From the NCBI GenBank assembly GCA_964493915.1, contig CAZBQH010000254.1, positions 1 to 52,984 of the forward strand: a DNA stretch of 52,984 nucleotides. The letters are read 5' to 3'. A model generated the notes under the pieces. That model saw only the letters and a list, made by a program, of their open reading frames with translations, had not been told where the DNA came from and made no database searches. Of this stretch, positions 17,344 through 26,871 are shown piece by piece. This stretch comes from an uncultured Nitrospiraceae bacterium. GTDB lineage: Bacteria; Hydrogenedentota; Hydrogenedentia; Hydrogenedentales; SLHB01. The position numbers were made by a program, and so were the translations under genes. Each line of letters starts with the position of its first letter. The first letter of the stretch is position 1.

Positions 17344-18423
17344 TCACCGAACCCTTTGGGCGGCTGCATGCCGCGGCGGCCGGCACATCAGCTCTTCGAT
17401 AACAGCAGCCAGCGTCCCTTCATCGGCCGCCTGCTCGACGACGACCTGCTTGGAGGAGGGATCTGCCGCCCATTCATGCTCGCCCGTGTCGGCCTCGAAA
17501 CGAATTCGATGGCCAGTTCGTTCATGGAACAGATTGCCTGTCCCCCGCACAGCATACAACATAGCGCATTGATCCCAACTCGGCCGGTTCTTGTCGTCCC
17601 GTTTGACATAGATGTCATATATGCGTTTTATTGGGTTTCCCTCGTTTTCTGTAGAGACAAGCCGGCCCCCAGTCATCACTTGGTCGCCCAGCGGCACGAC
17701 AGCCATCGGCCCAGGCCAGCTGTTGAGCACGCGGGCTGCAGAAGGGATATCGCAAGACCAATTGAACGGATCGCGGCCTTTGGGGAAACCCCCCTTGGCC
17801 ATCGTGACGAACAACCGGACTTTCTGGGCGACGAGCGCTTGGCCGTCCAGAGGGGAATAGGTATCGGGCGGGGTATCCAGCAGCTGTGCGAGAGCCGTGA
17901 GCTGACCGGTGGCGCAAATAACGACGCTGTCATCGCTGGAAGCGGCCAATAACTTGCGGTAAAGCAGTGGTCCGTTCATGAACTCTCCGGGACTATGCGT
18001 ACGCGGAAAAGACGAGGCGACGATCTCGAGGTAATCGCTTCCCTGTTTCTCCATTGCCCGTTGAGAAGACCGGTACTGTGCATATGTGGGCGAGGTTTCG
18101 TAGTCGGGCCAAACCGTCGCACCCACATGGACGCCGCCCCGGCCATAGTACGTGTTGACAGCGTCGAGACAGGCGGGCCCCCACTGCGCAGGGGCCGAGT
18201 GAATGGTCCCCACCACTTCCGCCTCCCCCGCATCCGCCAAGGCATGCAGGACGGCCAATGCGCCTGCGTCGTCGCAATCCGTGTGCAGGTCGGTGTCGAA
18301 AATCACGTTGACAGGCTCGATGCCTGGATCTCCTGGTAAGCTCTCTTGGTCCGCTTGAAGGGGGCGTGCAGCAACAACTGTAAGAAAACCCATGCTCAAG
18401 AGACAGATGCTGGGATTTGTCAT
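17344..18423 (-). CDS. Nucleoside hydrolase-like protein with signal peptide
   Basis: VIFDTDLHTDCDDAGALA, TGQLTAL, FNW, SWD; N-terminal MTNPSICLLSMGFLTVVAARPLQA. Confidence 0.85.
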   Translation of the reverse strand: MTNPSICLLSMGFLTVVAARPLQADQESLPGDPGIEPVNVIFDTDLHTDCDDAGALAVLHALADAGEAEVVGTIHSAPAQWGPACLDAVNTYYGRGGVHVGATVWPDYETSPTYAQYRSSQRAMEKQGSDYLEIVASSFPRTHSPGEFMNGPLLYRKLLAASSDDSVVICATGQLTALAQLLDTPPDTYSPLDGQALVAQKVRLFVTMAKGGFPKGRDPFNWSCDIPSAARVLNSWPGPMAVVPLGDQVMTGGRLVSTENEGNPIKRIYDIYVKRDDKNRPSWDQCAMLYAVRGTGNLFHERTGHRIRFEADTGEHEWAADPSSKQVVVEQAADEGTLAAVIEELMCRPPRHAAAQRVR

Positions 18424-18453
18424 ATGTCCTCTCCGCCTAGCTTGTTCATGCTG

Positions 18454-20529
18454 CTATTTTGCGGAAGCGCCCGCTTTCTCCCGCCGCCCGTGCTTGGCCA
18501 CGATCTCGAATACCCGAGCGAAATCGAACTCTGCCTGCGGCTGAGTCAAAGTTGCGGCTGGAACGAATTCGCACTTGTCGCCATCACAGAACACGTCCTG
18601 CGTTTCATCTGTATTCATGTTGCGGAAGTCGAGGGTTTTGATCCGTGCCGAGGCCTGGGCGTACATCTCCTCGGTGATCTCCTGGTAAGGCGCTTGCGCA
18701 TAGGAATGATTTACAAGGGGAAGGAAGCTGACCGACTTGAGACGGGGTTCGTACAGCTCGAGAATCCGAGGGATGTCGGCGGCCTCTTCGGGTTTAAAGG
18801 TAACCGTGGCGCTCACCTGATTATCGGCCCAGTAGTACTGCATCTGGGCCACGTTTTCCACTTGCTCCCAGATCGAGACTTCATCCTTGGCGCGCGAGAA
18901 GTTCTCTTCGCGCACAGGAAAATACACTACCCACGTATTGTCGCCATATACGGACTCCTCGATCCGGTAGCCTGCGCGCCGGATAGGCTCGACGAGAGGA
19001 CTCGTCTTGTCGATGCGAATCGTTCGGTAGTAGAACTTGGAATGAGGATAGTGGATTCCTGGAGTAACGCCCGGCAGCAGTGAAACCGTTCCGCTCGGTT
19101 TCACACTGGTCTTCTTGATGCTTTCGGGAACACACAACCACTGCGAATAGATGCGGTCCAGTTCGCAGACATAGCGGTAGCCCATGTCGCACCACTCGAA
19201 GTGCCGGCGCCGTCCATGACGCTCGAAGGATTCGATAATGCCCGATTGGGACAGCCCGATCCGCCGGTTGCGCAGCATGATTGCATTCGTCCGTTCGTTA
19301 TGAGTGGGCACCAGGGTAACGGTTTTCGCGTAAAGGTAGGCAAACTTCAGGGTCCGCTTGTACTCCTCGAAGCTCTCATGCAGGGAAGGAAAGGTCTCGA
19401 CGAGATTGCAGATCTCGTAGGACTCGAGGCTCTGCTCAGCACACGGGTTGGTCCCCGCGACTTTGTTGTCGATGTCGTTGGGACCGTCCTTCAGCCGGCC
19501 GTAGGAACGGGCATTTTCGAGCCAGAAATAGCCTGGTTCACCATTCTTGGCAGTCTGCTCGCCGAGTTGATTGTAGTCCATTCCCACATAGGCTGATACG
19601 CTATTGTTCGAGGCCCAACGCCACTCCTTAAGCTTCTCGCCGTAGAGTTGGGGGTCCTTGAGCTTCAGATATTCCTCGTCGTCCGGGCTTCCCAAGGCCA
19701 GTTCAGCGGTACGGCGCACGCCGCCGGACACGACGCATTTCCCGATAACGTTCATCAGGTCCGTAATGTCGGTCGAAGAGATGGTCTCGCCTTCGCGACG
19801 ATCAAGCACCTTGTCGATATTCTGGACAGCCTCGATCAACGGCTGGGGTCCCGGCGCGATTCCTCCGAAGGTGCGGATCGGCGAACCGGCCGGCCGGATT
19901 CTCGAATAGTCGATGTGGGCAGGCCGTTTCTCCTTGCCTGCGTACGCATCGAGAATGCGCCGCACAAGATCGCACCAGCCCTCTTTCGAATCATCGACGA
20001 CATACACCTCTTCCTCGACAGGCGGTTGGTGGATTTTGATCTTACCGGCGCCTTTTGTGTCGAACGCTACGCCCACGCCCAGCAAGGACATATCCATCAA
20101 GAAACAGAACGGCTCCGAAAAGTTGAAGTCTATCTGTTCCGTCGATACGAAAGCGCAATTATTCAGGGCTGCCGACCCGCGCTGGTAGATGTAGTCCGTT
20201 CCCATCATCCAGAGACCCCGCCCGGGGGGAAGGAACTTGAACTCCCACATCAGCCGGTACATCTCCTGAGCAGAACGCTGGGCCTTGCGTGCATCCCATG
20301 GGAGCTTCAGATTCCGGCAATGGTTCAATTGGATGGTGTAGCAGCCTTCAACGACCCGGCGGCAGGTTTCCCAGTATTCCTCGGTAGCTCCGCCTGAACC
20401 TGAAGTGCTCCGAGCATACGTGCGTTTGAAGGTGATGTAGCCCAAAGGCCCCCAAGCCGGTTGTTGATCCCTGTAACGATCCAGAAAGTGTTCTGACAGT
20501 TTGAAGATCTCTTTAGCTGGGAAAAGCAT
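18454..20529 (-). CDS. nrdJ: Class II (adenosylcobalamin-dependent) ribonucleotide reductase, monomeric type
   Basis: FLPPGRGLW, NNCAF, GGVRRTA, TNPCAEQSL..EICNL, KPSGTVSLL, C-terminal FCDGDKC; no ATP-cone. Confidence 0.95.
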   Translation of the reverse strand: MLFPAKEIFKLSEHFLDRYRDQQPAWGPLGYITFKRTYARSTSGSGGATEEYWETCRRVVEGCYTIQLNHCRNLKLPWDARKAQRSAQEMYRLMWEFKFLPPGRGLWMMGTDYIYQRGSAALNNCAFVSTEQIDFNFSEPFCFLMDMSLLGVGVAFDTKGAGKIKIHQPPVEEEVYVVDDSKEGWCDLVRRILDAYAGKEKRPAHIDYSRIRPAGSPIRTFGGIAPGPQPLIEAVQNIDKVLDRREGETISSTDITDLMNVIGKCVVSGGVRRTAELALGSPDDEEYLKLKDPQLYGEKLKEWRWASNNSVSAYVGMDYNQLGEQTAKNGEPGYFWLENARSYGRLKDGPNDIDNKVAGTNPCAEQSLESYEICNLVETFPSLHESFEEYKRTLKFAYLYAKTVTLVPTHNERTNAIMLRNRRIGLSQSGIIESFERHGRRRHFEWCDMGYRYVCELDRIYSQWLCVPESIKKTSVKPSGTVSLLPGVTPGIHYPHSKFYYRTIRIDKTSPLVEPIRRAGYRIEESVYGDNTWVVYFPVREENFSRAKDEVSIWEQVENVAQMQYYWADNQVSATVTFKPEEAADIPRILELYEPRLKSVSFLPLVNHSYAQAPYQEITEEMYAQASARIKTLDFRNMNTDETQDVFCDGDKCEFVPAATLTQPQAEFDFARVFEIVAKHGRREKAGASAK

Positions 20530-20553
20530 TATGTAATATCCTCAATTCTCGGG

Positions 20554-21336
20554 TCATACTTTGAGATGGTTCGTTCTGACCCACGGCAGACCGTCCACTT
20601 CCTCCACTTTATAGTCTGCAAACAGATTCGCATAGCGTTTGCGCACCTGTTGAAACACAAGGCCGAAGACAAGACGGATTTCCTCCTCGGCGTCCGGGGC
20701 CGTCCGCACCTCGATCACGTGGCGCAAGGCACGGAAATTGCACGACCATCCGACTGTCGTGGCAACGCCCATCGGGGCAATGCGGCGGAAGGCCGAGGTC
20801 AGTTTCTTCTTAATGTCAAATCCGGTTGTCTTTTCAATCTGAAAGACCGTTGACAGCTTCTGCTGGATTTCCTCGAGCTGGGCCAACGTCTTGGCAAAAA
20901 CCGCCATGCCCTCTTCGTTCTCACGGATATGCATCGGCATATAGGCCGAAAGCCTGTCCAGCCGAACAAAACGCAGGGATTCCTGGGAAACTGCTGTGCC
21001 GGCCCGATGGCGCACAAGCTCATGAGTAAAAACACGGCTCACGCCTGTGAAAATGAAGTTCAGGACGGCATGCTCAAGCACGCTCCCATGTCCCACATCG
21101 ATGACATGACGCAGATACGGCTCATTGCCTTTTCGCACGCGCGTTACGTTCGCATTAAGACCCGGCTCGAAGGAACGGTAACACAGCCTTCCAAAGATTT
21201 CCGTAAGCGTTTCCGCGTCGCTCAGAGCATTCGTTTCCCAGCTCGGTGCGCCAGTGTATTCGAGATAGGCCCGCAGCCCTTCTTCGACGATCCGGCTTTC
21301 GCCAATGAGGAAAACCTTTGGTTCAACGAATTCCAT
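20554..21336 (-). CDS. thyX: Flavin-dependent thymidylate synthase
   Basis: GRLCYRSF, GHGSVLEH, SRVFTHELVRHR...SQESLRF, NFRALRH, EEIR; start moved to MEFVEPK. Confidence 0.95.
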   Translation of the reverse strand: MEFVEPKVFLIGESRIVEEGLRAYLEYTGAPSWETNALSDAETLTEIFGRLCYRSFEPGLNANVTRVRKGNEPYLRHVIDVGHGSVLEHAVLNFIFTGVSRVFTHELVRHRAGTAVSQESLRFVRLDRLSAYMPMHIRENEEGMAVFAKTLAQLEEIQQKLSTVFQIEKTTGFDIKKKLTSAFRRIAPMGVATTVGWSCNFRALRHVIEVRTAPDAEEEIRLVFGLVFQQVRKRYANLFADYKVEEVDGLPWVRTNHLKV

Positions 21337-21468
21337 AAGGCATTCCATTTCATCTGCGGCGTCCGTCATACAAGTCAACGCCGCTAAATCATTCCAGACA
21401 AACGATTTAACTCTGCGGGGAAGGTCGACGCCACACGCCTCTAGCAGCCGCGTAGAATGCGTGCAGGC

Positions 21469-21497
21469 ATTATAGGCGGCCCTGGTTGCATTGTCTA
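21469..21497 (-). promoter_or_regulatory. Proximal sigma-70 promoter (P2) of thyX-nrdJ
   Basis: TAGACA-N17-TATAAT. Confidence 0.7.
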
Positions 21498-21600
21498 TCG
21501 GTCTGAGGCGTGCACGCTTTGCCGCAGACCGCTGACATATGCAAAGGGCATCGCTACGTGCCCTGTCTTGGGGTTGACGACCTTGTCCCCGGCAATTCCG

Positions 21601-21629
21601 AGTATAGCACGAGCTCCGTGCGACGTCAA
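21601..21629 (-). promoter_or_regulatory. Distal sigma-70 promoter (P1) of thyX-nrdJ
   Basis: TTGACG-N17-TATACT with extended -10 TG. Confidence 0.75.
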
Positions 21630-21670
21630 GATATAGTGGCCATTTCTGGAAAGGACACATTATATGGCGG
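21624..21670. promoter_or_regulatory. Tandem NrdR boxes
   Basis: cgtCAAGATATAGtgg (21624-21639) and acaCATTATATGGcgg (21655-21670), 31 bp apart; NrdR consensus acaCwAtATaTwGtgt in tandem at ~31-32 bp; box 1 covers the P1 -35. Confidence 0.8.
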
Positions 21671-21825
21671 TCTCCTGCCCTAAGTGGCCTGTTCGTTAAA
21701 GCCTGTCAGAGAACCATTTTACGGGTCTCCTCCATTCGGGAATTCCGCCCGCCCAACCTTGACAATGACGTGCCCGAAGACGAAGATCTAGCCTGGAATT
21801 CATCTTTGGAAAGGCAGCCGTATTT

Positions 21826-23679
21826 ATGAACCCGCAAGCAAACCGCGTTACGGAGGGATCCCGAGGCAAAACTGGAGAAGCGCCGCCCAGGGTAGTGGTT
21901 CTTCACCCGGCATTACTTGCACTGTATCCGGTCCTTGGGCTTTTTGCACACAATGCAGCGCGGACACCGCACGAAACGGTTATTCGTCCCGCCTTGATCG
22001 CGATAGCAGGCGCCGTGCTCCTCTGGCTGGCTTTGTGGTTGCTGATTCGCAACCGTTACCGGGCGGGCCTCATAGCGACCATTCTTATCTTCTCGACCTT
22101 CTCGGGCTGGAACATCCTGCAATATCTGCTTGGCCGCGTCGACCGGCTCGTCGCCATGCTGCCAGGGCCGCTATGGTTTATCTTTTATGTCTTACTTGTG
22201 GGCGGCGCGATGGCAGTGTTACTGAAACGCGGGGGGCTTTCCCGCGGGAAGGCGGTCGTTTTGTCTTTGACGATCATGGCGGGGGCGATCTTGCTTCTGG
22301 GACTTGTTCGGGAAGTGCTGGCGCCGGCGTTCGGGTCTGTAGAGGGTTGGGCTATCGCGGGATATGTCCTGCTTGTCGGCGCGGTTTTGGTCTACGTCTT
22401 CGAGATCGAGTCGGGCCTACTCTTCATTACGCGCACTGCGAACTGGTTTACGGTAATCCTGCTCCTGCTCACGGTTGCCAATATCTGGTGGAACCGCCCC
22501 TCCTGCCGCGAGATCGCGCCCGAACCGCTTGGCAAAACGGCGCGTCATATCCCTGAGCTGTTGCCGGATGTTTTCGTGTTCGCTTTGGACGGTTATGCAC
22601 GGGGTGATGTACTGCAATCCATGTATGCGTACAACAATTACCCGTTTCTTAATGCCATGCGCAGCAAAGGATTTGTGGTGGCGGAGGAGAGCTATGCCAA
22701 TTACCCGTCCAAGATTCTCTCGATGGCTTCCTGTCTGAACATGTCCTATCTGGACACGTTCTTTTCCGGCGCAGATAATGACTCTGCGGGGCTGCTTGAA
22801 GCGACTAACCTGTACCACAACAACCGCGTGTTTGATTTCATGAAAGCCCAGGGATATGAACTCGTTGCGCTATCCTCATGCAATGAGTCGATTGAACCGC
22901 GTGAGCAGATCGATGTCCAACCGCGGCCGCTTGTGGGAATGCGCGAGTTTGAGGCTGTCCTCATCGAAACGACGGCTTTTGCGCCCATGGTGCAGTATGG
23001 ATATTATCTCAGGCACGGGACAGTTATCCCGGTGCTCGACATGTGCGAGCGGCAGCGGATCGAGACCGCCCGTACAATCCTCCCTGCGCTCGGCAGGGAA
23101 GCATCAGACAAGCCTCGTTTCGTCTTCATCCACTGGACGCTTCCAGACGTCCCCTTTGTATTTGACGAAGAGGGCGGCTATGCCGGCCCTTGCTTAACGC
23201 TCGAGGATTCGGCGCAGGGAAGATTCCAGATCAGGCGGGACGACTATGCAACTTGCTATAAGGAGCAGCTTACCTTTACAAACCGTCTGATTGGCGACCT
23301 TGCAGACCAGCTTATCGCGAACGTCAAACGGCCGCTTGTTATATGGGTCGTATCGAGCCATGGTCCGGGTTCTGAATGGAAACCATCCTCAGCGGACCGT
23401 ACTAATACGTTTGAACGATTCGCTAATCTTATGATGGCCCGCTTCCCGGAGGAATACGCCGAGACGCTGGGGGCTTTGAACCAACGCACAACCCTCGTGA
23501 ACGCCTTCCGGCTCACGCTCAACGCCCTTTTTGATACGGGCCTTTCCTATGAACCGGACAGGCTGGTTTTCGCCTCGGAGATGGGTCCTTTTGGTGCTCA
23601 GGAAATCCCCTTTCCTGAGGCAATACCGGCGGAACTGGACGCATCCACGGCGCCGTCTGAGCAGACGGCAGCCCCGTGA
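21826..23679 (+). CDS. Multi-pass membrane protein with sulfatase/alkaline-phosphatase-like C-terminal domain, catalytic residues degenerate
   Basis: About 7 TM segments, then PDVFVFALDGYAR, SYANYPSKILSMASCLNM, FVFIH..PDVPF, VSSHG. Confidence 0.8.
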   Translation: MNPQANRVTEGSRGKTGEAPPRVVVLHPALLALYPVLGLFAHNAARTPHETVIRPALIAIAGAVLLWLALWLLIRNRYRAGLIATILIFSTFSGWNILQYLLGRVDRLVAMLPGPLWFIFYVLLVGGAMAVLLKRGGLSRGKAVVLSLTIMAGAILLLGLVREVLAPAFGSVEGWAIAGYVLLVGAVLVYVFEIESGLLFITRTANWFTVILLLLTVANIWWNRPSCREIAPEPLGKTARHIPELLPDVFVFALDGYARGDVLQSMYAYNNYPFLNAMRSKGFVVAEESYANYPSKILSMASCLNMSYLDTFFSGADNDSAGLLEATNLYHNNRVFDFMKAQGYELVALSSCNESIEPREQIDVQPRPLVGMREFEAVLIETTAFAPMVQYGYYLRHGTVIPVLDMCERQRIETARTILPALGREASDKPRFVFIHWTLPDVPFVFDEEGGYAGPCLTLEDSAQGRFQIRRDDYATCYKEQLTFTNRLIGDLADQLIANVKRPLVIWVVSSHGPGSEWKPSSADRTNTFERFANLMMARFPEEYAETLGALNQRTTLVNAFRLTLNALFDTGLSYEPDRLVFASEMGPFGAQEIPFPEAIPAELDASTAPSEQTAAP

Positions 23680-23797
23680 AGGCGGTTTTTTCGCGGAGGC
23701 CCCGTCTTAAGGCCGCGGCTTGCCACTGTGCGCGCCCATGCTCTACACTCGGCGCTCAATAGAAGGGCTGCATATAGGAGAGTAAAGGAGGGCGTCC

Positions 23798-24994
23798 TTG
23801 TTTCTTCGCGTAATCAGCTTGTTCGGTTTATTCTGCATGGTGGCGCTGGCGTGGCTGCTGTCCGAAAGTCGTTGGCGGGTGAATTGGCGCTTGGCGATCT
23901 GGGGTCTAGGCCTGCAGCTTTTCGTTGGCATATGTTTTTTCTGGACTCCTCTCGAGGGTCCTATCTTCATGGCGATGCAAAAGGTGGTGGATGTCCTGAC
24001 GGACTCGACGCTTGAGGGCGCTTCCTTTGTCTTTGGGGAACTGCCCAAGGAAGTTCCCCTGGCTTTCCAGGTGCTGCCGGTCATCATTTTCGTCTCTGCC
24101 CTGTCCGCCATTCTTTACCATCTCCGGGTGATCCAAGCGACAGTGCGGGGTCTGTCATGGTTGATGCGCCGAACCATGAAAACCTCTGGTGCGGAAACGC
24201 TGACCGCTGCCCTGCTTATATTCATGGGCATTGAGTCGGTCACGGCGGTGCGTGGTTACCTCTTGCGTATGACGCGGAGCGAGCTTTGTACGGTTATGAC
24301 GACATTCATGGCCACCATCGCGGGCAGCGTCATGGTGGTATACGCGAATTTCGGGGCGAAGGCGGGTCATCTCTTGGCTGCTTCACTCATGAGCGCGCCG
24401 GCTGCCATTGTGATTTCGAAGGTGCTTGTGCCAGAAACGGAGGAACCGGAGACCGCAGGCGAAAAACCTGTCCATGTTGAAATAACCAGTCATAACATTG
24501 CGGACGCCGCCACCCAAGGCACTGCTGACGGCTTACGCATGGCGCTGCAAGTAGGAGCGACACTGATTGTCTTCATCGGGCTGGTCTATCTGTTAAATCT
24601 GTTTCTCGAAGCGGTTCTCGGCTTCACCTTTCAGAGCCTGATGGGCTGGATCTTCCGCCCCTTTGCTTTCCTTCTTGGAACGCCGTGGAAAGACATCGGC
24701 CATGTGTCCGAGCTCCTCGGGACGAAAACCGTCCTGAACGAGTTCCTCGGTTACACGGCCTTGCGCGACAAGATTGCTGAAGGCGTCATGAGCCCACGGG
24801 CCGTGACCATTTCCACCTATGCGTTGTGCGGCTTCGCAAACCCCGGGAGCATCGGGATCATGATTGCCGGGATCGATGCGCTCATCCCTGGGCGCCGGGC
24901 GGAGGTGACCCAACTTAGTCTGCGCGCATTTGTTGGCGGGGCCCTTGCTTGCTTCATGACCGCCTGCGTGGCAGGATTCCTTATCTATGAGTGA
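23798..24994 (+). CDS. nupC: Concentrative nucleoside transporter (CNT/NupC family)
   Basis: [54 protein letters not shown]; RBS AAAGGAGG. Confidence 0.92.
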   Translation: MFLRVISLFGLFCMVALAWLLSESRWRVNWRLAIWGLGLQLFVGICFFWTPLEGPIFMAMQKVVDVLTDSTLEGASFVFGELPKEVPLAFQVLPVIIFVSALSAILYHLRVIQATVRGLSWLMRRTMKTSGAETLTAALLIFMGIESVTAVRGYLLRMTRSELCTVMTTFMATIAGSVMVVYANFGAKAGHLLAASLMSAPAAIVISKVLVPETEEPETAGEKPVHVEITSHNIADAATQGTADGLRMALQVGATLIVFIGLVYLLNLFLEAVLGFTFQSLMGWIFRPFAFLLGTPWKDIGHVSELLGTKTVLNEFLGYTALRDKIAEGVMSPRAVTISTYALCGFANPGSIGIMIAGIDALIPGRRAEVTQLSLRAFVGGALACFMTACVAGFLIYE

Positions 24995-25811
24995 TGCAAG
25001 AATCCCCCGCGTATTAACCATCGCCGGAAGCGACTCGGGCGGCGGGGCGGGCATCCAGGCCGATCTGAAGACCTTTGGGGCCCTGGGCGTATATGGCATG
25101 TCGGCGATTACCTCTGTGACCGCCCAGAATACCCGCGGCGTAACGGGAGTTCACGACCTGCCCCCGGGTTTTGTGGCTGAGCAAATTGACGACGTAGCCC
25201 GCGACATCGGCATCGACGCCGCCAAAACAGGCATGCTCTCGAACGCCGGGATCATCGAGGCGGTAGCCGCCAGCATTGCCAGACATCGCATCGAGAAGCT
25301 TGTGGTGGACCCAGTCATGATTGCAAAAAGCGGCGACGCCTTGCTTGAGACGAAGGCGCGGTCAGCCCTGATCAAACATATGGCGCCTTTGGCCTATATA
25401 CTCACCCCGAATGTGCCTGAGGCCGAGACCATTGCCGGCCTGCCGATCCGCAACGAAGACGATTTAGTGGATATAGGCCGCCGGATCCACGATATGGGGC
25501 CCCGTTATGTGCTTATGAAAGGCGGGCACCTGAGCGGCTCTTTCGCAACGGACTACCTTGTTGGCCATGGAACTGTTGCCGTCTTCTCAGCACCCCGAAT
25601 TGAGACACGGAACACCCACGGCACAGGCTGCACCTACAGCGCCGCCATCGCGGCGTATCTTGCGCGCGGCCTTGAGGTTGAGAAGGCGGTTGCAGAAGCC
25701 AAGGAATACGTCACCGGAGCGATTCGCCATAGCTTGGCCTTGGGCAGAGGTCACGGCCCGCTCGACCATTTCTGGCAGGCCGCACAGCGAAGGGACGCCG
25801 ACCCCGGATGA
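24987..25811 (+). CDS. thiD: Hydroxymethylpyrimidine/phosphomethylpyrimidine kinase
   Basis: [56 protein letters not shown]. Confidence 0.96.
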   Translation: MSDARIPRVLTIAGSDSGGGAGIQADLKTFGALGVYGMSAITSVTAQNTRGVTGVHDLPPGFVAEQIDDVARDIGIDAAKTGMLSNAGIIEAVAASIARHRIEKLVVDPVMIAKSGDALLETKARSALIKHMAPLAYILTPNVPEAETIAGLPIRNEDDLVDIGRRIHDMGPRYVLMKGGHLSGSFATDYLVGHGTVAVFSAPRIETRNTHGTGCTYSAAIAAYLARGLEVEKAVAEAKEYVTGAIRHSLALGRGHGPLDHFWQAAQRRDADPG

Positions 25812-25893
25812 ATTACGCGCCCAAGCCGCGGCCATTGCGTGGAAAATGGGGGGCGTGTAAACTGAAGCGTCGTATGATTCATAGCTGGAAAGG

Positions 25894-26871
25894 ATGACCA
25901 TGAGAAAAGCAGCCGTGTTTTCGTTGGTTCTTTCATTTCTTGCAGCGTGCAGTGGCCCCAACGGCTTGACGGGCGACGCTGGAAACAAAGAGAGACCGAT
26001 CCGCATTGCGTTTGTCACCAACAACAGTTCCGATTTCTGGAAGATTGCCGAGGCAGGCACGGCCAAAGCCGCCAAGGAACTGGGGTGTGAAATCGAGTTC
26101 CGGATCCCTGCCCGTGGCACTTCCGAAGAGCAGCAGCAGATTATCGAGGCCCTGCTCGTAACGGGCGTCTCGGGAATTGCAATCAGCCCAAATGATCCAG
26201 CCAACTGGACCGAGTTTCTCAATGACGTGGCATCAGAAGTAAACCTGATCACCCAGGATTCAGATGCCCCGCAAAGCAACCGTCTTTGTTATCTTGGAAC
26301 AGACAATTACGAAGCCGGCCGTGCAGCGGCCGCGCTCATTAAGCAAGCCCTTCCAAAGGGCGGGGAGATCATGCTTTTCGTGGGCAACCTGGATGCCCAG
26401 AACGCCCAGGATCGGAAGCGGGGCATTGAAGACGCGCTCGCCGGATCGAATACCACAGTCGTCGGAACGCTGACCGATGAAACGGATCGTGCCAAGGCCG
26501 TCTCGAATGTCCAGGACACGCTGGTCGCCTACCCTGAGGTCGACTGCCTCGTGGGGCTGTGGAGCTACAACGGCCCGGCCATCCTGAGCGGCGTGCGGGA
26601 TTCGGGGAAGCTGGGCGAGGTTAAGATCGTGTGCTTCGACGAGCGGGAAGAAACCCTCCAAGGAGTAAAAGACGGCCACATCGTGGGTACAATTGTTCAA
26701 CAGCCCTTCCAGTTTGGGTACCAGTCGGTGATGCTGTTGCACAGGCTTGCCAACGGCGATGCATCCATGATTCCGGAAAACAAACAGGTCTTTATCCCGG
26801 TGAAGACAATCACCAAAGAGAACGTAGACGCGTTCTGGAAGCAGCTTAAAGAACAGATGGGTGCGGCGTGA
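25894..26871 (+). CDS. Sugar ABC transporter substrate-binding lipoprotein (RbsB-like)
   Basis: Lipobox FLAAC; FW..AEAG, GIAISP, DSDAP, GTDNYEAG, CFDE, QQPFQFGY. Confidence 0.92.
   Translation: MTMRKAAVFSLVLSFLAACSGPNGLTGDAGNKERPIRIAFVTNNSSDFWKIAEAGTAKAAKELGCEIEFRIPARGTSEEQQQIIEALLVTGVSGIAISPNDPANWTEFLNDVASEVNLITQDSDAPQSNRLCYLGTDNYEAGRAAAALIKQALPKGGEIMLFVGNLDAQNAQDRKRGIEDALAGSNTTVVGTLTDETDRAKAVSNVQDTLVAYPEVDCLVGLWSYNGPAILSGVRDSGKLGEVKIVCFDEREETLQGVKDGHIVGTIVQQPFQFGYQSVMLLHRLANGDASMIPENKQVFIPVKTITKENVDAFWKQLKEQMGAA

Noticed and set aside
18454-20529. Intein or intron in nrdJ, or in proS/recN
   Set aside because: Lengths are normal, motifs colinear, and no splicing or LAGLIDADG motifs are visible
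18454-21336. thyX plus monomeric nrdJ as a prophage remnant
   Set aside because: Both are common in phages, but there is no integrase, structural gene, att site or obvious compositional shift, and the unit has host-type NrdR boxes
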